Shown here: piece by piece, positions 47,374-55,652 of the stretch
How the letters are laid out: each line of letters opens with the position of its first letter
Numbering within the stretch: the first letter of the stretch is position 1
From: an uncultured Pelagibacteraceae bacterium
Lineage (GTDB): Bacteria > Pseudomonadota > Alphaproteobacteria > Pelagibacterales > AG-422-B15
DNA length: 64,000 nucleotides
Direction: 5' to 3'
Assembly: GCA_902544065.1 (NCBI GenBank)
Contig: CACCAS010000001.1
Span: 66,458 to 130,457, forward strand
Made by a program: the position numbers and the translations under genes
The notes under the pieces: generated by a model
Database searches by the model: none
What the model was told of the DNA's origin: nothing
What the model saw: the letters and a program-made list of their open reading frames with translations, nothing else

Positions 47374-49611
47374 ATGCCTAAATTTTCTATAATACTATTT
47401 TTTTACTTTTCAATTTTGATGCATTCATTTGCTGATGAACAAACAATCTGGATTACACCAAATGAAACTGACTATTCAAGATTATCAACTGGTTTAGCTG
47501 GTTCAAATATTACAATAATAAGTGAGAATGAAATCAAAAACTTCAAGAATTTAACTCTTCCAGAAATAGTTGCAACACACTCAGGTGTTCAACTAAGGAA
47601 TCTATTTTCAAACGTAAACTCTACACAAACAACGTTAGATCTAAGAGGATTTGGAGAGTCAGCAAAAAACAATAATTTAATTTTACTTAATGGCCGTCGA
47701 CTGAACGACATAGATATGGCAGGAGTAAATTTCTCAATGGTTCCAATAAAATCCATAAAAAGAATAGAATTAATTCGCGGTGGATCAGCTTCTACAATTT
47801 ATGGTGATGGAGCAACTGGTGGGGCAATCAACATTGTTACAAAAAACGTTTTAGACACATCAATGATTCTTGAGTTTGGAACAAGATCTCATAACACCTA
47901 TTCTACTAATCTCTCGCTTCCAATCAAAATTGACAATACTTCAGGCATACTATTCTCTGCATCTATTAATGAAAGTGACACATATAGGCAGCGTTCAGAT
48001 TTTGAAAGCGAAAGTTATTTAATGAGATATAATATTAAAAAAGAAAATTATGACTTTCATCTAGATATTAATAACAGTTTATATGAACAATTACTTCCTG
48101 GGTCTAGGTATAAAGCAAATTTGAATGGATATACACCATCAGATCCTGTTGCCTGTAATCTATTGTCTGATAGCAGAACAGCTTTTCAAAAAGGAACATG
48201 GTATACTCTGACAGGACAATGTTTAACTAGGGACCCTGATTATGCGAAGTTTGATATCACAGCAATTACTGCTGGTACAAATATCGAATTAGATGATTTA
48301 ACTAATATTTTCATTAGTATTTCAAATAGAGATAAAGAACAGAAAGCCTTTGTTGCAAGTGGAACATCAACTTTAGGGAATCCAACCTCAGAGGATACCT
48401 TTAACCTTTACGAGTTAGAAACAGATTATTTATCACTTAGAACTGATCATAAAACATTTTTAGCTGATCAATTGACAACTTTAAGTATTGGGGTTGATTT
48501 TCAAGAAACTGATTACTCAAAAAAATCAAGTCAAAGTTCTTCACTTCAATTTGGAGGATTTGTTAACGCATCACAAGAAAGTAGAGCAATATATTCACAG
48601 AATTCTATAAATTTCAATGAAGGAAACTCAATTATGTCATTTGGAGCTAGGCTCGAAAATGCTGATTATAAAGTGAGAGAGTCATTTGATAAATCCGTGA
48701 GTAAGTATGCATCTAGTTCAGCGCGTGATCCGTATCAAACAAAAATGTCAAATCACGCTGTCAATATAGGCATTGAACACATTTTAGATAATCAAAATAG
48801 ATTATTTGCAAAATATGCTGAAGCTTTCCGAACTCCAGATTTAGACTCGAGAAATGAAACGTGTGTTAAAAGTTACAGTTACCCCTGTAGTCATCCGGCT
48901 TTTTTTCTTAAAGATCAAAAATCTGACGAGACTGAGATTGGCATTCGTCACAAACAAAATAATTTTAGTTTAAATGCAAGTATATTTGAGATGAATACAG
49001 TAAATGAAATAAGGTATATACCTGAAAAAAATAATACTAATCTAGATCCCATTAAGCGTAAGGGTCTTAATCTAGATTTTAATTATAATTTAAACAAAGA
49101 TATAAATATCGTTGGATCGTTTACGTATATTGATGCACATTTCACCTCTGGCTCACTTACTAGAGGATATTTTGAGGGAACCTATGCGGCTAATTCTCAA
49201 ACTGCGATTAGCAAAATGGACAGTAGTAGAAACTTAAATGACGGAACTTATAATATTGCCGGACTAAAAGTACCCCTGGTATCTGAATATATTTATAACT
49301 TAGGTTTAAATTATAATATGCCACGAGAAATATTATTTAAAATAAATATGTCATTTGTTGACGATATGTTTGTTTCAAATGATCAAGAAAATATAGAGCC
49401 TACCATACCAAGTTACTATTTATTTGATTTAAGCCTTAGTTCTGAAAATGAATATGGAACGTGGTCTTTTGGTATAGACAATATATTTAATACTAGTTAT
49501 TACAATTTTGCAGTTGCAAGTACTGACCATGTAGATCAGAGCTATGGGAGACAAAACATGTACCCAATGGAAAGAAGAAGTATCTTTTTAGATTATTCCT
49601 ATGAATTCTAG
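47374..49611 (+). CDS. TonB-dependent outer-membrane receptor (BtuB-like by context)
   Basis: 745 aa. Signal peptide, TonB-box-like 'EQTIWITP', plug domain ('RGFGESAKNNNLILLNGRRLND', 'IELIRGGSASTIYGDGATGGAINIVTK'), and a C-terminal '...YSYEF' terminal Phe. Lies downstream of the B12 riboswitch. Confidence 0.9.
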   Translation: MPKFSIILFFYFSILMHSFADEQTIWITPNETDYSRLSTGLAGSNITIISENEIKNFKNLTLPEIVATHSGVQLRNLFSNVNSTQTTLDLRGFGESAKNNNLILLNGRRLNDIDMAGVNFSMVPIKSIKRIELIRGGSASTIYGDGATGGAINIVTKNVLDTSMILEFGTRSHNTYSTNLSLPIKIDNTSGILFSASINESDTYRQRSDFESESYLMRYNIKKENYDFHLDINNSLYEQLLPGSRYKANLNGYTPSDPVACNLLSDSRTAFQKGTWYTLTGQCLTRDPDYAKFDITAITAGTNIELDDLTNIFISISNRDKEQKAFVASGTSTLGNPTSEDTFNLYELETDYLSLRTDHKTFLADQLTTLSIGVDFQETDYSKKSSQSSSLQFGGFVNASQESRAIYSQNSINFNEGNSIMSFGARLENADYKVRESFDKSVSKYASSSARDPYQTKMSNHAVNIGIEHILDNQNRLFAKYAEAFRTPDLDSRNETCVKSYSYPCSHPAFFLKDQKSDETEIGIRHKQNNFSLNASIFEMNTVNEIRYIPEKNNTNLDPIKRKGLNLDFNYNLNKDINIVGSFTYIDAHFTSGSLTRGYFEGTYAANSQTAISKMDSSRNLNDGTYNIAGLKVPLVSEYIYNLGLNYNMPREILFKINMSFVDDMFVSNDQENIEPTIPSYYLFDLSLSSENEYGTWSFGIDNIFNTSYYNFAVASTDHVDQSYGRQNMYPMERRSIFLDYSYEF

Positions 49612-49666
49612 AATAGGTTTTGTCATAAATGCGTTGATATTAATAAATTGTTGAGTATCTTTAAGT

Positions 49667-50188
49667 ATGATGAAATTAAATAAAAATAATTACTATGTCA
49701 TCATAGGCATTATCGTATTACTCGCCATGGCTAGATTGCTTCCACATCCACCAAACTTCACTCCAATTCTTGGTATGGCTGTATTTTCTGGAGCAATAAT
49801 AAGTAGAAGATTGATTGCCTATTTAATTCCTCTAGCTGCTATGTTTCTTAGTGACTTATATTTAGGCTTACATTCCAGCATGCCTATTATTTATTTCTCT
49901 TTAGCAGTCTGTGTTTTGATTGGAACATTCATTAAGGCAAGAGTAACTATTTTGAATTCTTTTTTAAGTATCAGTTTAGGGGTATTAGTATTCTTCTTAA
50001 TCACAAATTTTATGGTTTGGTATGGATCAGGAATGTATGAGTATAGTATTTCAGGTCTTATGACTTGTTACTTTATGGGACTGCCTTTTGTGCAAAATAC
50101 ATTTATTTCAAGTATTTTGTATGGAATGGGAGCTTTCTTAATCTACGATATAATCAATAAACGTATGATTTTTGGCAATAATGCTTAA
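49667..50188 (+). CDS. small polytopic membrane protein, candidate ECF-S/BtuM-like corrinoid transporter
   Basis: 173 aa with 5-6 hydrophobic helices. Contains 'LLPHPPNFTPILGMAVF'. Sits 55 nt downstream of the riboswitch-controlled receptor on the same strand. The function is a context-based hypothesis. Confidence 0.6.
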   Translation: MMKLNKNNYYVIIGIIVLLAMARLLPHPPNFTPILGMAVFSGAIISRRLIAYLIPLAAMFLSDLYLGLHSSMPIIYFSLAVCVLIGTFIKARVTILNSFLSISLGVLVFFLITNFMVWYGSGMYEYSISGLMTCYFMGLPFVQNTFISSILYGMGAFLIYDIINKRMIFGNNA

Positions 50189-50254
50189 AAAATAGAGTTG
50201 AAATCAGGTTTTTAAGGCATTATATATTTTTAAATTTAAATATTAGGTGATTCC

Positions 50255-51457
50255 ATGGATACAGCATTTTCAAATGAAGATTTAAAATTTCAATCAGACG
50301 TAAGAGAATTTATCTCAAACAATTATCCAAAAGAGCTGAAAGATTCAATTGGTACTAAAAGGAAAACTGGCAAAGAGTTGTCCCGTGATGACTTAATGTC
50401 ATGGCATAAAATTCTAGGCAAACACAATGGATGGTCAGCCCCGGGATGGCCTAAACAATATGGAGGAGCAGAATTTTCTCCAACACAAAAATATATTTTT
50501 GAGCAAGAATGTGCTCGAGCTGAATGCCAATACATCATGCCTTTTGGCGTAAACATGGTTGGCCCGGTTATTTATACATTTGGCAATGACGAACAAAAAG
50601 CAAAACATCTTCCAGGAATTCTTAGTGGAGATGTATTTTGGTGCCAGGGATATTCAGAGCCAGGGTCAGGATCTGATTTAGCATCTCTTAAAACAAGCGC
50701 AGTCAAAGAAGGTGACCATTATATCGTTAACGGTCAAAAAACTTGGACTACTTTAGCACAGCACGCAGACTGGATTTTTTGTCTAGTAAGAACAAACCCA
50801 GATGCGGAAAAACCTCAACAGGGAATCTCATTTCTTTTGATTGATATGAAAACTCCAGGCATTACTGTTCGTCCAATTAAGCTTATGGACGGATCTCACG
50901 AAGTTAATGAAACATGGTTTGACAATGTAAAAGTTCCGGTTGAGAATCTGATTGGGCAAGAAAACATGGGTTGGACCTACGCAAAATTTTTACTAGCCCA
51001 TGAAAGATCAGGTATTGCTGGTGTCGCGAGGTCCAAAAAAGCCTTAGAAAGAATAAAGCAAATTGCGAGCGCTGAAATGTCTTATGGTGAACCGTTAATA
51101 CAAGATCCTGCATTTAAATCTAAAATAGCAAACGCTGAACTTGAATTAAATTCTTTAGAATATACTGAGCTTAGAACTTTAGCGAAAGATTCAGCGGGAA
51201 AAGGTCCTGGTCCAGAGTCTTCACTCTTGAAAATTAAGGGTACTGATATTCAACAAATGGTTACTGAACTTGCGATGGAAGCAGTTGGATATTATGCAAA
51301 CCCGCACTTGGGCACTACATTAAGTAATGAATATGTAGGACCAGATTATGCAACTAATTTATCAGGATCATACTTCAATTTCAGAAAAGCATCTATTTAT
51401 GGTGGTTCTAATGAAATTCAGAGAAATATTATCGCTAAGATGGTTCTTGGATTATAA
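50255..51457 (+). CDS. acyl-CoA dehydrogenase (IVD/LCAD-type catalytic Glu)
   Basis: 400 aa. 'WCQGYSEPGSGSDLAS', 'NGQKTWTT', 'LLAHERSGIAG' (Glu at the IVD position), 'IYGGSNEIQRNIIAK' (Gly at the MCAD position). Confidence 0.88.
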   Translation: MDTAFSNEDLKFQSDVREFISNNYPKELKDSIGTKRKTGKELSRDDLMSWHKILGKHNGWSAPGWPKQYGGAEFSPTQKYIFEQECARAECQYIMPFGVNMVGPVIYTFGNDEQKAKHLPGILSGDVFWCQGYSEPGSGSDLASLKTSAVKEGDHYIVNGQKTWTTLAQHADWIFCLVRTNPDAEKPQQGISFLLIDMKTPGITVRPIKLMDGSHEVNETWFDNVKVPVENLIGQENMGWTYAKFLLAHERSGIAGVARSKKALERIKQIASAEMSYGEPLIQDPAFKSKIANAELELNSLEYTELRTLAKDSAGKGPGPESSLLKIKGTDIQQMVTELAMEAVGYYANPHLGTTLSNEYVGPDYATNLSGSYFNFRKASIYGGSNEIQRNIIAKMVLGL

Positions 51458-51499
51458 AATTTTTTGACAATCTAGCTGTCAATATATAGGACTATCTCC

Positions 51500-52678
51500 A
51501 TGAATTTTGATTATACAGAAGAACAAACTCTTCTTGAAAACATGGTTACTTCATTTGTAAGAGATGACTATGACTGGGATACAAGATGCTCAATTGTTAA
51601 AACTGAAGAAGGATGGAAAGAAGAGAACTGGAAGAAGTTTGCTGAACTAGGTCTTTTGGGAGTTCCCTTTGAAGAGGATCATGGTGGATTGGGTGGTGAA
51701 GCCACTGACATAATGATTGTAATGGAGCAATTTGGAAAAGGCCTTGTTGTAGAGCCTTACATGCCTTCAATAATTCTAGCTGGAGGTCTCATCTCTAAAC
51801 TGGGGTCAGCAGATCAAAAAAATTCAATTATTCCAGAAATTATTTCAGGTAATAAACGTTATGTTTTTGCATACGCAGAACCTCAAAGTAGGTTTGATTT
51901 ATTTGATGTCAAATGTTCAGCAAATCTTGATGGTGATAATTATATTATTAATGGATTTAAGTCAGTAGTCTTTGGTGCTGGCATGGCAACTCACTTAATT
52001 ATTTCAGCAAGGACTGAAGGAGATCAAAGGTCAAAGTCGGGAATTACATTATTTCTGGTTGATATAAAATCTGACGGTATTACTTTACAGAATTATCCTA
52101 CAATAGATGAGTACAGAGCATCAGAAGTTGTTATTGAAAACTTAAGTGTGTCAAAAGAAAATATTTTAGGCGAGTTGGGCAACTCTTATGAAGCAATTGA
52201 AGAACAAGTAGATTTATCTACAATTGCAATATGCTCGGAAGCTGTGGGAATTTTACAAGTACTTAAAGACTCTACGAATGATTATTGTAAAAATAGAAAA
52301 CAGTTTGGACAGCCAATTAGTGCAAATCAAGCGATACAGCACCGTCTTGTCGATATGATGATTGAATATGAGCAAGCAAAATCAATTCTCTATATGGCAA
52401 TTACAGCTGACCTTAGCAATCCAAACGAAAGAAGAAAAGCAGCATCTGCTGCAAAAGCTCGTATCGGAAAAGCTATTAAATTTGTTGGAGAAAATGCTAT
52501 TCAATTACACGGTGGTATGGGTGTTGTTGACGAGTATATGATTAGTCATTTTTTTAAAAGAGCAACAATGATCGGTATTCTGTTCGGCAATGTTGATTTC
52601 CACATGAAAAGATATATTGATTTGACACAATCTGATATTCAGTCAATAAACGAAGACGACGGAATTAATCTTTCTTAG
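51500..52678 (+). CDS. acyl-CoA dehydrogenase family protein lacking both canonical catalytic-Glu positions (putative non-catalytic partner)
   Basis: 392 aa with an ACAD fold ('EEDHGGLGG', 'QLHGGMGVVDEY'). The IVD site reads 'VDLSTIA' (Ser for Glu). The MCAD site reads 'ILFGNVD' (Phe for Glu). Confidence 0.85.
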   Translation: MNFDYTEEQTLLENMVTSFVRDDYDWDTRCSIVKTEEGWKEENWKKFAELGLLGVPFEEDHGGLGGEATDIMIVMEQFGKGLVVEPYMPSIILAGGLISKLGSADQKNSIIPEIISGNKRYVFAYAEPQSRFDLFDVKCSANLDGDNYIINGFKSVVFGAGMATHLIISARTEGDQRSKSGITLFLVDIKSDGITLQNYPTIDEYRASEVVIENLSVSKENILGELGNSYEAIEEQVDLSTIAICSEAVGILQVLKDSTNDYCKNRKQFGQPISANQAIQHRLVDMMIEYEQAKSILYMAITADLSNPNERRKAASAAKARIGKAIKFVGENAIQLHGGMGVVDEYMISHFFKRATMIGILFGNVDFHMKRYIDLTQSDIQSINEDDGINLS

Positions 52679-52690
52679 ATAAATAATTAC

Positions 52691-53593
52691 CTATTCCGAT
52701 AGCTTTTTAAATATATGGGCAGTATGTTCTGCTCCACTTCTAAGAGCTTTACTGCTTGTCATATCTGAAGCTTCTGACCATTTTTCGGCAAGCATATCAG
52801 CATTTAGATCATCCCCTTTAAGAGCAATTCCTTCAGAATGAACGATTTCAGCCATTGCAAAAACACCAGCTCCAGCAGAAATCATTACACCATCAGGCGC
52901 ATTTTCAGAAGCCATGAATATTACCGCAGGAGATACAGATTCAGGCTTTAGGCTATCAAATACTGCATCGGGCATTCCAAGATTTTCCGTCATTCTTGTA
53001 GCTGCGACGGGTACGAGTGAATTTACTTTGATATTATTCTTTTGTCCTTCAATTCTGAGCGTATTCATTAAACCAATAACTCCCATTTTAGCTGATCCAT
53101 AGTTAGACTGTCCAAAATTACCAAATATTCCTGAAGAAGAAGATGTCATAACTATGCGTCCATATTTTTGCTCTACCATAATTGGCCATACAGCTTTCGT
53201 ACAATAGACTGATCCCATCATATGTACATCAACTACAAATTCAAAATCATCTAAGGTTACTTTTGCAAAAGATTTATCTCTCAAGACACCGGCATTATTG
53301 ACCAAGACATCTATTCTGCCGTAAGCTGCCATTGCATCATCTACAAGTTTTTTTACACCAGCTTTATCAGTTACACTTGATCCATTTGAGATAGCGTCAC
53401 CACCTATAGACTTGATTTCATCGACAACCTTATCAGCTGCTTCACTTGATCCACCTGATCCATCTACGGCACCTCCTAAATCATTAACAATAACTTTTGC
53501 ACCTCTTTCAGCAAATTGAAGAGCATGGCATCTACCTAATCCACCCCCAGCTCCTGTTACTATTGCTACTTTATCCTTAAAACTTATTGTCAT
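52691..53593 (-). CDS. SDR, MFE-2 / 17-beta-HSD4-type (3R)-3-hydroxyacyl-CoA dehydrogenase
   Basis: 300 aa, colinear with the N-terminal dehydrogenase domain of peroxisomal multifunctional enzyme 2: 'VTGAGGGLGRCHALQFAERGAKVIVNDLGG', 'VNNAGVLRDKSF', 'YGRIVMTSSSSGIFGNFGQSNYGSAK'. Confidence 0.88.
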   Translation of the reverse strand: MTISFKDKVAIVTGAGGGLGRCHALQFAERGAKVIVNDLGGAVDGSGGSSEAADKVVDEIKSIGGDAISNGSSVTDKAGVKKLVDDAMAAYGRIDVLVNNAGVLRDKSFAKVTLDDFEFVVDVHMMGSVYCTKAVWPIMVEQKYGRIVMTSSSSGIFGNFGQSNYGSAKMGVIGLMNTLRIEGQKNNIKVNSLVPVAATRMTENLGMPDAVFDSLKPESVSPAVIFMASENAPDGVMISAGAGVFAMAEIVHSEGIALKGDDLNADMLAEKWSEASDMTSSKALRSGAEHTAHIFKKLSE

Positions 53594-53602
53594 TTTAAAC
53601 TC

Positions 53603-54262
53603 CTATACAATCAAATCTTTTAATTGAGTAAAATTATTTATCACCATATCAGCCTCTTTGTAAATATTTTTATTATCAGTATATCCATACTCAACTAGAA
53701 CAACTGGCATATTTGCGTTATGACCTGCATTTAAATCTGTTGCACTATCTCCAATCATTATTGAATCAGACCGATTGATTTTGAGTTGGTTACAGATTTC
53801 AATTAAAGGGAAAGGATCTGGTTTACTTTTAATGTATGTATCTCCTCCAGCCAAGAAATCAAAGTACTTTAATACATCTAACTTCTCTAAAAGCATGACA
53901 CTTAATTTTTCCATTTTATTTGTACATACCGCCAATTTAATTTCTTTAGATTTAAGATACTCTAAAACTTCCCTTACATTATTAAAAAGTATACTGTCAT
54001 CATCAATATTATGCGTATAATGAAGTAAAAATATTTTTAACATCTCATTTAATTTTGCATCATCGTGTTCAATATTTTTTGAAACAGCAGTTCGTCTTAT
54101 CAATTCACGCGCACCATAGCCCACCAAATTTCGTATTTCCTCAAGCGAAATTAATGGATAGTTGAGTTCAGAAAGCATATAGTTTAGAGAATTTTTAAAG
54201 TCTGGAGCTGTATCTACAAGTGTTCCATCGAGATCAAAAATAAATAATTTTTTGTTTTTCAT
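53603..54262 (-). CDS. HAD-superfamily hydrolase, phosphoglycolate phosphatase-like
   Basis: 219 aa. 'FIFDLDGTLVDT', 'CTNK', 'GDSATDLNAG'. Confidence 0.8.
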   Translation of the reverse strand: MKNKKLFIFDLDGTLVDTAPDFKNSLNYMLSELNYPLISLEEIRNLVGYGARELIRRTAVSKNIEHDDAKLNEMLKIFLLHYTHNIDDDSILFNNVREVLEYLKSKEIKLAVCTNKMEKLSVMLLEKLDVLKYFDFLAGGDTYIKSKPDPFPLIEICNQLKINRSDSIMIGDSATDLNAGHNANMPVVLVEYGYTDNKNIYKEADMVINNFTQLKDLIV

Positions 54263-54342
54263 AGTTAAATTAAAGTAAGCCTCTGAAATAAATCTTTACG
54301 ATACAATTAATAACATATTGTTTATTTTTCATTCAAAATCCA

Positions 54343-55644
54343 ATGAATAATTTAGAAATTATAATACTTGCTGCTGGGAAGGGAACTAGAATGAAATCCA
54401 GTATACCAAAAGTACTGAACCCCATGGGAGGGAAACCCATAATTGATCATGTTTTAGATACGGCAAGGTCTCTAAAGCCAAAGAAAATTCATTTAGTCAT
54501 AAATAAAGAAATAAAGAATGAATTCGTTCACTTAAAAAATAAAATAAATTTAATAATACAAAAAAAACAGTTAGGAACTGGCGATGCAATCAACGTAGCT
54601 ATAAAAAATTTTCAAAAAAATTCAAATATTCTTGTCCTTTATGGAGATGTTCCGCTCACGCATTCATCCACTTTAAAAGAAATAATTAAGTTTAAAAAAA
54701 ATGAAATCAATATTCTTTGTTTCAATAAAGAAGAGCCAAATAATTATGGGAAAGTTGTATTGGGAACCAATGGTTTCGTTAATGAGATAATTGAACAAAA
54801 AGAACTCAAAAGAAATGAGAACTTCTACTTATGTAATTCGGGTATTTTCTCAATACACTCATCACTTCTTAAAAAATTAATGCCAAAAATAAATAATAAA
54901 AATATGAAGAAAGAATATTATTTAACAGATATATTCAAAATGGCATCAAATAGTGATATCAAAATTAAGTCAGTTGTTACATCTGAGAGAGAAGTGCAGG
55001 GTATCAATGATAAGAAGGATTTAGCCATGGCAGAAAATGAGTTTCAGGAAAATTTAAGAGCTAAACATCTTAAAGCTGGTGTGACAATGCATGACCCCAG
55101 TACTGTATATTTCTCAGAAGACACAAAAATAGGAAAAGATGTAACTATTCATCCTTTTGTTGTGATTGGTAAAAATGTAAAAATCTTAAATGGTGCTGAA
55201 ATTTATTCTTTTTCACATTTAGAAGATTGTAAGATCGGAAGGAAAACTAGCATAGGACCTTACGCCCGTATAAGGCCAGGTACACAGATTAATGAGCAAG
55301 CAAAAATTGGAAATTTTGTTGAAGTTAAGAATTCATCAATTGACACAAATTCAAAAATTAACCACCTATCTTATGTTGGAGACTCAATCATTGGAAAAAA
55401 TGTTAATGTTGGAGCTGGAACAATAACATGTAATTACGACGGGAAAGCGAAATATAAAACAGTCATCAAAGACAATGCCTTTATCGGATCAAACTCTTCA
55501 CTTGTTGCACCATTAGAAGTCGGCAAGAATTCATATATTGGCTCTGGCTCAACGATAACAAAGAAAGTTAAACAAGATAGTTTGGCTGTTGAAAGATCTG
55601 TCCAAATGGAAGTAAAAAATTGGGCTAAGAGGAAAAATAAATAG
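54343..55644 (+). CDS. glmU: bifunctional UDP-GlcNAc pyrophosphorylase / GlcN-1-P acetyltransferase
   Basis: 433 aa. 'ILAAGKGTRMKS', 'YGDVPL', and C-terminal left-handed beta-helix hexapeptide repeats ('NVGAGTITCNYDG'). Confidence 0.93.
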   Translation: MNNLEIIILAAGKGTRMKSSIPKVLNPMGGKPIIDHVLDTARSLKPKKIHLVINKEIKNEFVHLKNKINLIIQKKQLGTGDAINVAIKNFQKNSNILVLYGDVPLTHSSTLKEIIKFKKNEINILCFNKEEPNNYGKVVLGTNGFVNEIIEQKELKRNENFYLCNSGIFSIHSSLLKKLMPKINNKNMKKEYYLTDIFKMASNSDIKIKSVVTSEREVQGINDKKDLAMAENEFQENLRAKHLKAGVTMHDPSTVYFSEDTKIGKDVTIHPFVVIGKNVKILNGAEIYSFSHLEDCKIGRKTSIGPYARIRPGTQINEQAKIGNFVEVKNSSIDTNSKINHLSYVGDSIIGKNVNVGAGTITCNYDGKAKYKTVIKDNAFIGSNSSLVAPLEVGKNSYIGSGSTITKKVKQDSLAVERSVQMEVKNWAKRKNK

Positions 55645-55652
55645 TAATTATT

